Positions 18,469-28,921 are shown, counted from the stretch's first letter. The stretch is DNA of 64,000 bases from Chitinophagales bacterium (GCA_020636535.1 JACJXT010000011.1:1884169-1948168); one strand, 5' to 3'. Notes: generated from the sequence alone by a model not told the origin. Translations and numbers: made by a program.

Positions 18469-19095
18469 TTGAAGAAATCAAATCAGTGGAAACTAGGTTT
18501 ACTAGTAGCAAATTTGTTTCCTTTAGTAGGTGTATTAGAACAGAATTGGTCACTATTCATTGTATTATATATTTATTGGTTTGAAACTTTAATACAGTCA
18601 TTTTTTAATGCAGTCAAAATTATAAGTACACCAAACTATGTAGGTAAATGGAGCAAAGGCATTACTTACTTTATTGTTAGATTTGGTGTTTTTATTTTCT
18701 ACTCTATTTTCTTAATAGTATTTATTGGATTTTTAGAACAGACTGATGAAGGAAGAATGCAAAATTTAATGGCAATTGCATTTAAAAATAAATTAGTAAA
18801 TATAACCATACTTAATTTTATTATTTTTAATTTATTTGATTATATTTTCAACTACAAGCTATCGTTAAGTGCAGAAGAAAAACAAATGACTATAAAAAAA
18901 TATACTGTTTTTTTTAATGCCAGAACTTTAGTAATGCATATTGTTATAATACTATGTGCTATAGTGTATAGTTTTCTTGCTAATAAAATAATACACAATA
19001 AAATTATAATAAATATTATTTTATTTTCAATATTTATAGGAATTAAATCATTGGCCGATTTGTTTTCTAATTCATACGCAGAAAATATAAAATAA
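18469..19095 (+). CDS. Multi-pass membrane protein of unknown function (resembles DUF6498-type proteins)
   Basis: 208 aa with a TTG start and 5-6 hydrophobic helices. N-terminal motif NLFPLVGVLEQNWSLFIVLYIYWFETLIQ. Confidence 0.4.
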   Translation: MKKSNQWKLGLLVANLFPLVGVLEQNWSLFIVLYIYWFETLIQSFFNAVKIISTPNYVGKWSKGITYFIVRFGVFIFYSIFLIVFIGFLEQTDEGRMQNLMAIAFKNKLVNITILNFIIFNLFDYIFNYKLSLSAEEKQMTIKKYTVFFNARTLVMHIVIILCAIVYSFLANKIIHNKIIINIILFSIFIGIKSLADLFSNSYAENIK

Positions 19096-19166
19096 TTACT
19101 ATAATTGTATTTATAATATATAATTTTTTCATTAATTTATTGCTAGAAAACTTTATTTTAAAATGA

Positions 19167-20351
19167 CTATCCAATAACACCACTACCAATTAACTCGTCG
19201 TTGTGATACCAAGCTGCAAACTGACCTAAGGTAATACCTTTTTGTAGTGTTTCAAAGATTATATATAAACCATTTTCTTTTTTATACAAACAAGCTTTCT
19301 GTAATGGTTGTCTATATCTAATACGAACTAAATATTCAGCTTGTTCATTATTATTTAGTTGTAAATCTTGTCGCAACCAATGTATATCTTCATTCGGAAT
19401 AAATAAAGCTGGTCGATTTAATGCATAGTGCTGCTCTCCTGCTCCAAGATAAATAATATTATCTGTGGTATTGGTTTGTACTACAAATAATGGTTCTTTG
19501 TAACCACCAATGCCTAAACCTTTTCGCTGTCCAATGGTATAATAATGTGCTCCATTGTGTGTACCAATAATTTTGCCATCTTGTACAATAAATTGCTGAA
19601 TTGTAGTTAATGCGTTCAATTCTTCATCATTACAATTATTATACTTATAATTATATTTTATATTTTTATTATCAATAAGAATAACGCTACCTTGTTTTGG
19701 TTGCAATTGTTGTTGTAAAAAATCTGGTAACTTTACTTTACCAATAAAACACAAACCTTGCGAATCTTTTTTATTAGCAGTTACCAAATCTTGTTCGGTT
19801 GCAATAGCTCTCACTTCTGCTTTAGTTAAATCGCCTATTGGAAATAATGCTTTACTCAATTGCTCTTGGCTCACTTGACACAAAAAATAACTTTGGTCTT
19901 TATTATCATCTTTTCCTGCTAATAATTGATAAATGGTTTTTCCATCTTTTTCAAAACTTGCTTTTCTACAATAATGACCTGTTGCTACAAAATCAGCACC
20001 AAGTGTTAAAGCATGCTTCAAAAAAACATCAAACTTTATTTCTCTATTACACAATACATCAGGATTTGGTGTTCGTCCTGCTTCATATTCAGCAAACATA
20101 TAATCTACAATGCGTTGCTTGTACTCAGAAGATAAATCAATGGTTTGAAATGGAATACCTAATTTTTGTGCTACCAACAAAGCATCATTACTGTCTTCTA
20201 CCCAAGGACAATCGCCTGCAATAGTAACTTCGCCATCGTGCCAGTTTTTCATAAACAAAGCAATGACTTCATAACCTTGTTGTTGCAACAAATAAGCACT
20301 AACACTACTGTCAACACCACCAGATAAACCAACTACTACTCGTTTTTTCAC
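19167..20351 (-). CDS. mnmA: tRNA 2-thiouridine(34) synthase
   Basis: 394 aa with a GTG start. Contains the PP-loop [10 protein letters not shown], the CNREIKF motif and the conserved GLCFIG cysteine. Confidence 0.9.
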   Translation of the reverse strand: MKKRVVVGLSGGVDSSVSAYLLQQQGYEVIALFMKNWHDGEVTIAGDCPWVEDSNDALLVAQKLGIPFQTIDLSSEYKQRIVDYMFAEYEAGRTPNPDVLCNREIKFDVFLKHALTLGADFVATGHYCRKASFEKDGKTIYQLLAGKDDNKDQSYFLCQVSQEQLSKALFPIGDLTKAEVRAIATEQDLVTANKKDSQGLCFIGKVKLPDFLQQQLQPKQGSVILIDNKNIKYNYKYNNCNDEELNALTTIQQFIVQDGKIIGTHNGAHYYTIGQRKGLGIGGYKEPLFVVQTNTTDNIIYLGAGEQHYALNRPALFIPNEDIHWLRQDLQLNNNEQAEYLVRIRYRQPLQKACLYKKENGLYIIFETLQKGITLGQFAAWYHNDELIGSGVIG

Positions 20352-20397
20352 ACTACAAAATTAAAGATTAATAAGCAGATTGTTTAATTTTGCTTTT

Positions 20398-20979
20398 ATG
20401 TTAGGATTAAAATTAGCGACTGATCCACGATGGGTGAATTTAGCAGAAAAATCTATTGAAGACATATTGACTGACCATGCTTATTGCGAACAAAAAGCTA
20501 CATCAACTTGTATTGCCTTAATTCAATATTATCCTGATAAAACATTTATGGTTGATAAATTAGTTCCTGTTGTGAATGAAGAATGGACACATTTTAGATT
20601 GGTACTAGATGAATTGAAGAAACGAAACTTACAATTAGGCAAACAAAGAAAAGATGAATATGTTAATCAGTTGAATAAAATGATGACAAAGAGTGGTATT
20701 CAAGAAGATTTATTTTTAGATAGAATGTTACAAGCTGCTTTAATTGAAGCAAGAAGTTGTGAGCGATTTCGCTTATTGTCTTTAGATATTTCAGATGATA
20801 GCTTAAAGAAATTTTATCATAATTTAATGGTGGCAGAAGCAATGCATTATAGAATGTTCTTAGATATTGCTACGCATTACATTGACAAAGAAAAGGTAAA
20901 AAACCGTTGGCAAGAATGGCTTGACTACGAAACGGAAGTACTTAATCATTTAGATTTGCGAGGCGATAGAATGCATTAG
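20398..20979 (+). CDS. miaE: tRNA-(ms2io6A37)-hydroxylase MiaE-like ferritin-fold di-iron protein
   Basis: DPRWVNLAEKSIEDILTDHAYCEQKA plus two ExxH motifs (EEWTH, AEAMH). I prefer the ATG at 20398 over the TTG at 20380. Confidence 0.7.
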   Translation: MLGLKLATDPRWVNLAEKSIEDILTDHAYCEQKATSTCIALIQYYPDKTFMVDKLVPVVNEEWTHFRLVLDELKKRNLQLGKQRKDEYVNQLNKMMTKSGIQEDLFLDRMLQAALIEARSCERFRLLSLDISDDSLKKFYHNLMVAEAMHYRMFLDIATHYIDKEKVKNRWQEWLDYETEVLNHLDLRGDRMH

Positions 20980-21046
20980 CCATTCGTGAATGATATTTAT
21001 CATTGGACAAAAATAAATCAACTATTAATATTACAAAAAACTTACA

Positions 21047-21958
21047 ATGGCAACATTAAATGAAATAAAAACTTATTTAATTGACTTACAACAAAACATT
21101 TGTACTGCACTAGAAACTGTTGATGGCAAAGCAAAATTTATTAGCGATAAATGGACAAGAGCTGAAGGTGGTGGTGGAGATACAAGAGTAATTAGCAATG
21201 GAAATGTGTACGAAAAAGGTGGCGTAAACTTTTCACATGTATTTGGCAAATTGCCTGAAGTAATTAAAACAGAAACTACCAATGCTAATTTTTTTGATGC
21301 TACAGGCGTATCGATTGTAATACATACTCAAAATCCGTTTGTGCCAATTATACATATGAATGTGCGTTATTTTCAGATGAAAAAAGAGGAAAACAGTAAC
21401 GAAATTGTAGATTGTTGGTTTGGTGGTGGAATTGACCTATCTCCTGCTTATCCAAATGAAGTTGATACAAAATATTTTCATGAACAATTAAAAGCAGTCT
21501 GCGATAAACATGATAGTTCATATTATGAAAAATTTAAACCATGGTGTGATGATTATTTCACTATACAACACAGAAATGAAATGCGTGGCGTAAGTGGTAT
21601 TTTTTATGATCATTTACGACCAAATGAAACAACAAGTAAAAGTCAATTTTTTGAATTTATGCAAAGTGTAGGCAATGCATTTGCTCCAATTTACACAGAA
21701 ATATCAAACAGAAATAAAGAAAAAACATATACTAAATTTAATAAAGAATGGCAAATGATTCGTAGAGGAAGATATGCTGAATTTAATTTGGTATATGACA
21801 GAGGCACTTCATTTGGTTTAAAAAGTAATGGCAGAGTTGAATCTATATTAATGAGTTTGCCACCACAAGCTATTTGGCAATACAATCAACAACCATTAGA
21901 AAATAGTGAAGAAGCAAAAGCACTAGCATTTTTTCAACCAAAAAATTGGATTAGTTAG
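21047..21958 (+). CDS. hemF: Oxygen-dependent coproporphyrinogen III oxidase
   Basis: 303 aa. Contains W(T)RAEGGGGDTRV..YEKGGVNFSHV and the C-terminal YAEFNLVYDRGT.FGL motifs. Confidence 0.9.
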   Translation: MATLNEIKTYLIDLQQNICTALETVDGKAKFISDKWTRAEGGGGDTRVISNGNVYEKGGVNFSHVFGKLPEVIKTETTNANFFDATGVSIVIHTQNPFVPIIHMNVRYFQMKKEENSNEIVDCWFGGGIDLSPAYPNEVDTKYFHEQLKAVCDKHDSSYYEKFKPWCDDYFTIQHRNEMRGVSGIFYDHLRPNETTSKSQFFEFMQSVGNAFAPIYTEISNRNKEKTYTKFNKEWQMIRRGRYAEFNLVYDRGTSFGLKSNGRVESILMSLPPQAIWQYNQQPLENSEEAKALAFFQPKNWIS

Positions 21959-22334
21959 CAATTTTACTATTTTGATGATATAAATAATATCCAATAGTAA
22001 TGCCAACAATATTTGCTACAACATCATAAATGTCTGCACTTCGGTTGGCAATATAATTACCTTGTACAAACTCTATTAATAAACCAACACTAATACACCA
22101 AACAATTGCTATTAATTTTATATATTTATATTTTATATTACTAAATATTACCAATAATAACATAATACAATATATTGCTATATGTACTATTTTGTCGAAA
22201 TAAATTTTATCTAGAAAATTATATTTGGGCAATTCGCTACCTGGTAAAAAACAAATATAGAAAGTAATGCCTGTCCAAATTAGTGCAGGTAAAATTCTAA
22301 TATAACTGTGTTTAAAGATTTGATTAGTGTCCAA
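21951..22334 (-). CDS. VanZ-family membrane protein
   Basis: 127 aa with four TM helices. It overlaps the gcvH stop by 11 nt (gcvH-vanZ pair). Confidence 0.6.
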   Translation of the reverse strand: MDTNQIFKHSYIRILPALIWTGITFYICFLPGSELPKYNFLDKIYFDKIVHIAIYCIMLLLVIFSNIKYKYIKLIAIVWCISVGLLIEFVQGNYIANRSADIYDVVANIVGITIGYYLYHQNSKIAN

Positions 22335-22707
22335 CTAATTCTGCGTAAGCGGTGCTATCCATCAAATCGTCTAAATCAGCAATATTGGTCATTTTTACTT
22401 TAACCATCCAACCATCACCATAAGGTTGGTTATTAATTAATTCTGGTTGACTTGCCAATAGTTCATTTTGCTCTAAGATTTCTGCACTAACAGGTAAATA
22501 CAAATCAGATACTGTTTTAACTGCTTCTACCGAACCAAAAATTTCATCTTTTTCTATTGTTTCACCTACTGTCTCAATATCTACAAAGATAATATCGCCT
22601 AGTTCGCTTTGAGCAAATTCAGTAATACCAATTAAAGCAGTATCATCGTCTAGCACTTTAATCCATTCGTGTTCTTTGCTGTATTTTAAATCGCTTGGAA
22701 AATTCAT
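22324..22707 (-). CDS. gcvH: Glycine cleavage system H protein
   Basis: 127 aa. YSKEHEWIK.. N-terminus and lipoyl-lysine context [10 protein letters not shown]. Confidence 0.95.
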   Translation of the reverse strand: MNFPSDLKYSKEHEWIKVLDDDTALIGITEFAQSELGDIIFVDIETVGETIEKDEIFGSVEAVKTVSDLYLPVSAEILEQNELLASQPELINNQPYGDGWMVKVKMTNIADLDDLMDSTAYAELVGH

Positions 22708-22818
22708 ATTGTTTGTTTGATGTCAAAAATAGTAAAAAAATAAAGACCATTTTATTTTTAGATAAATTTTGATTAGTTTTTTATTCAATCATCAAGTGAA
22801 AACACTTGATATGATGTA

Positions 22819-22852
22819 AAAAGCCAAAGTTTAATAAACTTTGGCTTTTTTG
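22819..22852 (-). terminator. Terminator after the DUF1761-like gene (symmetric; could act both ways)
   Basis: GCCAAAGTTT (22823-22832) pairs with AAACTTTGGC (22836-22845). Flanked by A-run and T-run. Confidence 0.65.
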
Positions 22853-22897
22853 TTTTGTAATCTAGCTAGATTACTTTTTGTAGTGTACTAATAAGGT

Positions 22898-23395
22898 TTA
22901 AAACTGTACGGCATATTTACAAAGCAAGCCACCCATTATTGCAAAACAGAAAAACCAATAGCCAAAATTGATAAAAATATACTTTACACTTTTTCTTTCA
23001 AATAGAGCATTGGTTGCTAAAACTGGTAAAATAGTAAATACTGCTACCATTCCACCATGTAAAAAACCATGTCTAAAATATCTAAAGTTATTGCCTACTT
23101 TCGCCATAACAGTATCGTAGAGTGTTTTCATATCTGGATTATCTAAAGTACCTTCAAAAGCACCAAAAATTCCAAATTGATGTATTGTTGCAAATTGCAA
23201 AGAGAATGCTAACATAATACTCAATAAAAAAGACACACCAAAAACGACCAACATATTGCCTTGTTTTAAGTCTTCTTCTGTTAAGTTACAAGCTTTCATC
23301 CAAGCACTGCCAAGTGTTTTTGGATTGTACCAAATAAATCCTAATACCATTGGTACAAATGCTATTAAAATAATAGCTACAAAATTCATTTCCAT
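22898..23395 (-). CDS. DUF1761-like membrane protein
   Basis: 165 aa. The N-terminus ..IILIAFVPMVLGFIWYNPKTLGSAWMKA is typical of DUF1761. Four TM helices. Confidence 0.5.
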   Translation of the reverse strand: MEMNFVAIILIAFVPMVLGFIWYNPKTLGSAWMKACNLTEEDLKQGNMLVVFGVSFLLSIMLAFSLQFATIHQFGIFGAFEGTLDNPDMKTLYDTVMAKVGNNFRYFRHGFLHGGMVAVFTILPVLATNALFERKSVKYIFINFGYWFFCFAIMGGLLCKYAVQF

Positions 23396-23619
23396 ATAAT
23401 TACATTTTGAAGTAAATATATAGCATTTTTATTATATCTGCTTTGAATTTGAAATTAGAGCTTTGTTGAAACTATTACTGCAAGTTACAAACTTGCTTTA
23501 TTTATCATCGTAAGTTATGTTTTGCTAAACTTGCAACAGTGTAAATAGCGTAGATACTTTGCTTTGTTATACTTTGATTATAGATACTGAAACAAGTTCA
23601 GTATGATAACTCCAAAAAA

Positions 23620-24810
23620 CTATGCTACTGCTTTGTTTACTAATTCGGCAGCTTCGCTTAATAGAATAGCAGATTCTACTTTTAGACCAGAATCGTCTAT
23701 CATTTTTTTAGCAATATCAGCATTTGTTCCTTGTAGTCTAACTATAATTGGAATATTAATAGAACCAATATTTTTGTACGCATCAATTACACCTTGTGCT
23801 ACTCTATCACAACGAACTATTCCACCAAAAATATTAATTAAAATCGCTTTTACATTTTTGTCTTTCAATATAATTCTAAAAGCTTTTTCTACTCTTTCTG
23901 CATCTGCTGTACCACCAACATCTAAGAAATTTGCAGGTTCGCCACCACTTAATTTAATAATATCCATAGTAGCCATTGCCAAACCAGCACCATTTACCAT
24001 ACAGCCAACATTGCCATCTAATTTTACATAGTTTAAGCCAACTGCATTTGCTTCTACTTCAGTTTCATCTTCTTCTAGTAAATCTCTTTGTGCTTCTAAC
24101 TCTGGATGTCTATACAAAGCATTATCATCTAAATTTACTTTACAATCTACAGCTATAATTTGATCGTCAGAAGTTTTTAAAACTGGATTTATTTCAAACA
24201 AAGACGCATCATTATCAACATAAGCTTTGTATAAATTGGTAATGAATTTTACCATGTCTTTATAAGCATTGCCACTTAATCCTAAGTTAAATGCAATTCT
24301 TCTAGCTTGAAATGCTTGTAAGCCAACAGCAGGATCAATCCACTCTTTAAAAATTTTATCTGGAGTATGTTCTGCTACTTCTTCAATATCCATTCCACCT
24401 TCTGTAGAATAAATAATAGCATTGCACTCTTTCATTCTATCTAACAAAACAGATACATAAAACTCTTTTGTAGGCGAAGCACCTTCGTAGTAAACATCTT
24501 CTGCTATTAAAACTTTATGTACTACTTTTCCTTGTGGACCAGTTTGTGGTGTAACTAGCGTCATGCCTATAATTTTTTCGGCATTCTCTTTTAATTTGTC
24601 TAAATTAGGCGAAAACTTAACGCCACCACCTTTTCCTCTTCCACCAGCATGTATTTGTGCTTTTACAACGACACCTGCTCTTTTATTTTTTTCTTCAATA
24701 GCTTTTCCAGCTGCTACAGCTTCTTCAACTGTTGTTGCTACTGTGCCTTCTTGTATTTTTACGCCGTATTTTTGTAATAACGCTTTACCTTGATATTCGT
24801 GTAAATTCAT
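23620..24810 (-). CDS. sucC: Succinate--CoA ligase (ADP-forming) beta subunit
   Basis: 396 aa. MNLHEYQGKALL.. ATP-grasp N-terminus and C-terminal GGIVRCD ligase motif. Confidence 0.95.
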   Translation of the reverse strand: MNLHEYQGKALLQKYGVKIQEGTVATTVEEAVAAGKAIEEKNKRAGVVVKAQIHAGGRGKGGGVKFSPNLDKLKENAEKIIGMTLVTPQTGPQGKVVHKVLIAEDVYYEGASPTKEFYVSVLLDRMKECNAIIYSTEGGMDIEEVAEHTPDKIFKEWIDPAVGLQAFQARRIAFNLGLSGNAYKDMVKFITNLYKAYVDNDASLFEINPVLKTSDDQIIAVDCKVNLDDNALYRHPELEAQRDLLEEDETEVEANAVGLNYVKLDGNVGCMVNGAGLAMATMDIIKLSGGEPANFLDVGGTADAERVEKAFRIILKDKNVKAILINIFGGIVRCDRVAQGVIDAYKNIGSINIPIIVRLQGTNADIAKKMIDDSGLKVESAILLSEAAELVNKAVA

Positions 24811-24938
24811 GGTTCAAAAATAAAATACATTCTTCAATTAACCTAATGTATTTTGTTTCATTATTACAAATGCTAAATAAAAAGTAAATTTGTACAAAAT
24901 TAATTGCCATTAATACACCTATTGAATATTTAAAGCGA

Positions 24939-25688
24939 TTGGATAATGCTGTACTGCAAATTTATTTAAGTGAGCATGTTTGCATTGTTGCAATTGTTGA
25001 TGCGTCTATTAATAAATTAGTAGAGATTAAGTACTTTTTTTATACTACAATGGGTGAAATAAGTGCTGCTTTAAGTAGTGTTTTGATGGTTGATTTTAAA
25101 CAAGTAAAAGTTTGTTTTCAAACAGAACAATTTGTGTTGTTACCAAATGAAACTGCAAATGCCAAATATATTTTTAGTCAACTTGGTATAGATGTAGCAA
25201 ATGATGCTTCGATTCTAAGTAATGAAATTAGTAACAAACATATTTATTATATTGTTCCGAATGATATTATTGCTTTTTTCGACAATCGATTTAAAGCAAT
25301 ACAATGGTTGTACGGACAAACTGGTTTGATTAATAGAAAAAATCAATCCATTAATAAAAAAATAGTAAATATTTATATTGAACAGTCGATATTAGGTATT
25401 GCAATTAAAGAACAATCAGATATTTTATTTTTTAATTTATATAATATTATTGAAAAGGAAGATGTATTGTATTATATACAATTAGTTTTTAAACAACTAG
25501 CGTTAGATAATGAAACGCAAGTAATTAATGTTTACGGATTTATAGAAGAGCAATCGCCAATTTATACTTTATTATATGATTATTTTAGACAAATTGAAAT
25601 TGATAGAACTATAAAAAGAACAGCCAATTTATTATTTAACGATGATGAACAAACACTAAATTATTTTGTAAATTTACTATTTGTTTAA
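24939..25688 (+). CDS. DUF3822-like protein
   Basis: 249 aa with a TTG start. Its position immediately upstream of rsmD and overlapping it is the usual Bacteroidota DUF3822-rsmD arrangement. No other motif recognised. Confidence 0.45.
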   Translation: MDNAVLQIYLSEHVCIVAIVDASINKLVEIKYFFYTTMGEISAALSSVLMVDFKQVKVCFQTEQFVLLPNETANAKYIFSQLGIDVANDASILSNEISNKHIYYIVPNDIIAFFDNRFKAIQWLYGQTGLINRKNQSINKKIVNIYIEQSILGIAIKEQSDILFFNLYNIIEKEDVLYYIQLVFKQLALDNETQVINVYGFIEEQSPIYTLLYDYFRQIEIDRTIKRTANLLFNDDEQTLNYFVNLLFV

Positions 25689-25689
25689 T

Positions 25690-26238
25690 ATGAGAATTGT
25701 ATCTGGAAAACTGAAAGGCAAACATTTTTATCCTCCCAAAAATATACCAGCAAGACCAACCACCGATATTGCTAAAGAAGCATTATTTAATATTATATGG
25801 AATAATTTTGATTTTGAGGAAATAAAGTTTTTAGATTTATTTGCTGGAACTGGAAATATTGGTATGGAAATGTATTCGAGAGGTTGTACTCAAATTACTT
25901 CGGTCGATTTATCGCCTATTAGCATTGGTTTTATTCAAAAAATGAGTAAAGAAGTCAATATTCCTAATCATATTATTATTAAAGGTGATGCTGTTGCATT
26001 TGCTAAAAATGCTATGCAGACTTACGATTTAATTTTTGCAGGTCCACCATATAAATTAGAAGTCATTGATGACATTCCAAACATTATCCTAGAAAAAAAC
26101 ATATTGGATAAAGCTGGTTGGTTTATTTTAGAAACATCTGCTAATCACGATTTTTCTAATCATCCGAATTTGTTGCAAGTAAGAAATTACGGACAAACAC
26201 ATTTTTGGATTTTTACACACGAACAGTTTTCAGAATAA
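25690..26238 (+). CDS. rsmD: 16S rRNA (guanine966-N2)-methyltransferase
   Basis: MRIVSGKLKGK.. N-terminus, SAM-binding DLFAGTGNIGMEM, and substrate motif FAGPPY. Confidence 0.85.
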   Translation: MRIVSGKLKGKHFYPPKNIPARPTTDIAKEALFNIIWNNFDFEEIKFLDLFAGTGNIGMEMYSRGCTQITSVDLSPISIGFIQKMSKEVNIPNHIIIKGDAVAFAKNAMQTYDLIFAGPPYKLEVIDDIPNIILEKNILDKAGWFILETSANHDFSNHPNLLQVRNYGQTHFWIFTHEQFSE

Positions 26239-26257
26239 CTTTCTATACTTAGATTTA

Positions 26258-27286
26258 TTAGCAGACAGTATATGCGATACACGCGTAAAGAAAGTTAAAC
26301 AAGTTTTCTTTACACAAATTAACCAGTTAATAGATTGGCAACAAATTAGTACAGTAATAGATAAGTATTACACCAAAGGCACAAGTGCAACAGGCAAGCC
26401 AAGTTATGATGGATTGTTATTATTCAAAATCTGTTTACTACAAACATGGTACGGACTAAGTGATTACGAAGTAGAAGACAGAATAAATGACAGCCTCTCC
26501 TTTAGTTCTTTCTTAGAATTAACCATAGACCAAACCTCACCAGACCATAGTACCATAAGCAGATTTAGAACAGCAATGACAGGAGCAGGAGCATATGATG
26601 AACTATTAAAACAGATAAACAAACAATTAGAAAGGCATCAAATACTAGTAAAGACAGGAGCTATAGTAGATGCCAGTATAGTAGAAACACCATTAAAACC
26701 CAAAGGAAAAAGTAATTATGAGCTTGAAGCACAACAACAACAACAAGAGCAATCACAAGAAGTACCAACAAAGACGGTAGAAAAAAAATACAGTACAAGT
26801 GTAGACATAGAAGCAGCATGGATAAAGAGAGGCAAACAACTAAAATATGGCTATAAGAAACACTATGTAACAGACAACGAAGGATTAGTATTAGGCGTAT
26901 TAACCACCAAAGCAAGTGTAAATGAAATTAGTAATCTAGAAACGGTATTAAAAACAGCAGACTTACCAAAAGACATAGCAGTAAAAGCAGACAAAGGTTA
27001 TCAATCAGAGAAGAATAATGAATTGTTAAAGACATTAGGATTAAAAAATAACATATTAAAAAAAGCAACTAAAAATAAAGCATTAACACAAGCCCAAACA
27101 GATTATAACAAACTAATAAGCAAAACCAGATATAAAATAGAACGCACTTTTGGCAGTATAAAAAGATGGTTTAACGGCGGTATAGCAAGATACAGAGGCA
27201 TAGCCAAGATGCACACACAAAACATAATGGAAGCCATAGCATATAATTTATACAGAAGTCCAGGGATACTTATGTCCAAAGCATAA
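26258..27286 (+). pseudogene. Truncated IS5-family DDE transposase (lacks native start codon)
   Basis: In-frame with the track ORF 26414-27286, and over 98% identical to the 350-aa transposases of copies B and C. The first 8 codons are absent and there is no ATG before codon 61. Confidence 0.8.
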
Positions 27287-27454
27287 AAAAGCGAAGAAAA
27301 GTAAAAAAAAAGAGTACTAAACAAACAAAAATCAATCAAAAAAGATAAAAAATAACAAAATAAGCCAATAAAACAAACAAATTAAAATATAACAAATATA
27401 AACTAATGAATATAATAAATAAAAAACAAAAATTTCACCTTTTGCAACGGTCTC
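26258..27454 (+). mobile_element. IS5-family insertion sequence, copy A, 5'-truncated
   Basis: Homology to copies B and C begins abruptly at 26258, which is codon 9 of the transposase. The left inverted repeat and start codon are missing. The right end ...CACCTTTTGCAACGGTCTC is intact at 27454. Confidence 0.9.
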
Positions 27455-27455
27455 A

Positions 27456-27623
27456 AATAGTTTGTCGGTATAAATAATTATACTTAAGTTGTTTATTGGT
27501 AGCTTCTATTAAAGAATTAGAAAAAATAATATCTTTTTGAGCAATTAAATGGTTTATACCATCAATATTGGCTAGTAGTTTATTTTCACTTCCATCATCT
27601 GTTAGTAAGTTTGGTTTTCTATT
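27456..27623 (-). pseudogene. 56-codon internal fragment of an rve/integrase-core type DDE transposase
   Basis: My translation reads NRKPNLLTDDGSENKLLANIDGINHLIAQKDIIFSNSLIEATNKQLKYNYLYRQTI. It has a DNGSEF-like box and an SNSxIExxNxxLK box. The frame is closed by a TGA formed at the junction with IS copy A (27455-27453). Confidence 0.45.
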
Positions 27624-27670
27624 TTAAAATAAATTAGTTTTTAAAATAATAATCTTACTACAAAAAAAGT

Positions 27671-28921
27671 CTAATGCAATATAATTAATTTCTTAGTAAT
27701 ATTGTTAGAACTATTACTGATATTTACAATATAGTTACCATTAATTAAATCAAATATAGCTATTTCTTCTTGTTGATGTTGCAATTGTTGTTGTTTAATC
27801 AACTGTCCAACTTCATTATAAATGCGTACGGTATATAAATCATTAGTAGTACTTAATCCATCAATATAAAAATAATTTACAGCAGGATTGGGATACACTT
27901 TTATAGCATCTAAATTACTATTGTGAATAGCAGACACACTTCCACAACTAGTATTATTAATAAAAGAACTTCTATAAGTATTCAAAACAGCATACATTCT
28001 TGTAACTTGTCCATTGGTAAACATATTCATACACGCATCATCAACATAATCCATATAATTCATAAACATTTCACCATTACTACCAGTTGCTCCACTACAA
28101 CCATTTATATTAATTGGAAAAGTTGGACAATCATAGTTTTCAGCTTCTTGCTTTGGTGTATCATTTACAAAATCATTACCACAAAAAGAATCGCCCCAAA
28201 TATGAAATAAATTTAACCAATGTCCTAGCTCATGTGTCGTTGTTCTACCTTTATTGTATGGATAACTTGCCTGTCCAATAGTTCCAAATGCTCTATAATC
28301 TACAACTAATCCATCATAAATTGCTGGAGTTTCATCAGGAAATGTACCATAACCTAAAGTACCATCATCAAATTTTACTATCCAAATATTCAAATACTTT
28401 GTTTTGTCCCAGCCATCTATACCACCATTTACACTTTTTTTGATTATAGTTTCGTCAGCTGCTTCAGCATCAAAACTATTCTGACTTACTTGTTTTCTTT
28501 CAATACCACTTGTTGCATTACCATTTGGGTCAGTGGTTGCCAAACAAAATGTAATATTTGCATTTCCTATACTAGAATAAAACGGATGAGTATTAGCCAA
28601 TTTATCGCTATTCAAATTATTAAAATCTTGATTCAAAACATCAATTTGAGATTGAATTTGTGCATCACTAATATTTTGTGTACTATTATTATACAAAACA
28701 TGTACTACTATAGGAATATTTACTGTCACTGCTCCAGTTCTAAAGCTAGATAGATCAATTTTATCATAGTTGGCATTGAACGAATCCATTTCAGCTTTCT
28801 TTTCAGGATATTGTTCAAAAAGCTGATTTAATTTAATTTGCGATGCACACTTTTCCACAGCTAAACTAATTTTAGTGAAGTAACATAAGCTTAACAGTAG
28901 TATAATCGAAGGTTTAATCAT
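27671..28921 (-). CDS. Secreted M43-type (pappalysin/cytophagalysin-like) zinc metalloprotease with T9SS C-terminal sorting domain
   Basis: Signal peptide, HELGHWLNLFHIWGD metzincin motif followed by CGNDFVNDTP, and a C-terminal roughly 80 aa IKVYPNPAVNYFYIDGL..YIVNISN..KKLIILH typical of a Por/T9SS CTD. Confidence 0.8.
   Translation of the reverse strand: MIKPSIILLLSLCYFTKISLAVEKCASQIKLNQLFEQYPEKKAEMDSFNANYDKIDLSSFRTGAVTVNIPIVVHVLYNNSTQNISDAQIQSQIDVLNQDFNNLNSDKLANTHPFYSSIGNANITFCLATTDPNGNATSGIERKQVSQNSFDAEAADETIIKKSVNGGIDGWDKTKYLNIWIVKFDDGTLGYGTFPDETPAIYDGLVVDYRAFGTIGQASYPYNKGRTTTHELGHWLNLFHIWGDSFCGNDFVNDTPKQEAENYDCPTFPININGCSGATGSNGEMFMNYMDYVDDACMNMFTNGQVTRMYAVLNTYRSSFINNTSCGSVSAIHNSNLDAIKVYPNPAVNYFYIDGLSTTNDLYTVRIYNEVGQLIKQQQLQHQQEEIAIFDLINGNYIVNISNSSNNITKKLIILH

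Noticed and set aside
22708-22897. Glycine riboswitch upstream of gcvH. I also looked for cobalamin or other riboswitches upstream of the TonB-dependent receptors (16881-17054, 32675-32902).
   Set aside because: These regions are almost pure AT, with no conserved GGAGA/CACCG-type cores or long GC-containing helices. Only a terminator and small hairpins are present.
23603-24031. 142-aa plus-strand ORF, and similar antisense ORFs listed in the track (for example 9598-9939, 19838-20224, 24563-24793, 27923-28210, 53566-53772, 54310-54537).
   Set aside because: Each lies entirely antisense to a confidently identified gene (sucC, pnp, mnmA, M43 protease, SulP). Their translations are low-complexity with no motifs. 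They are typical shadow ORFs.
27103-27339. 78-aa and 84-aa ORFs that recur three times (27103-27339, 31490-31726, 40008-40241; 26661-26915, 31914-32168, 40429-40683). The recurrence could look like conserved small genes.
   Set aside because: They are antisense to the IS transposase gene, and their recurrence only reflects the three IS copies. There is no independent conservation signal.
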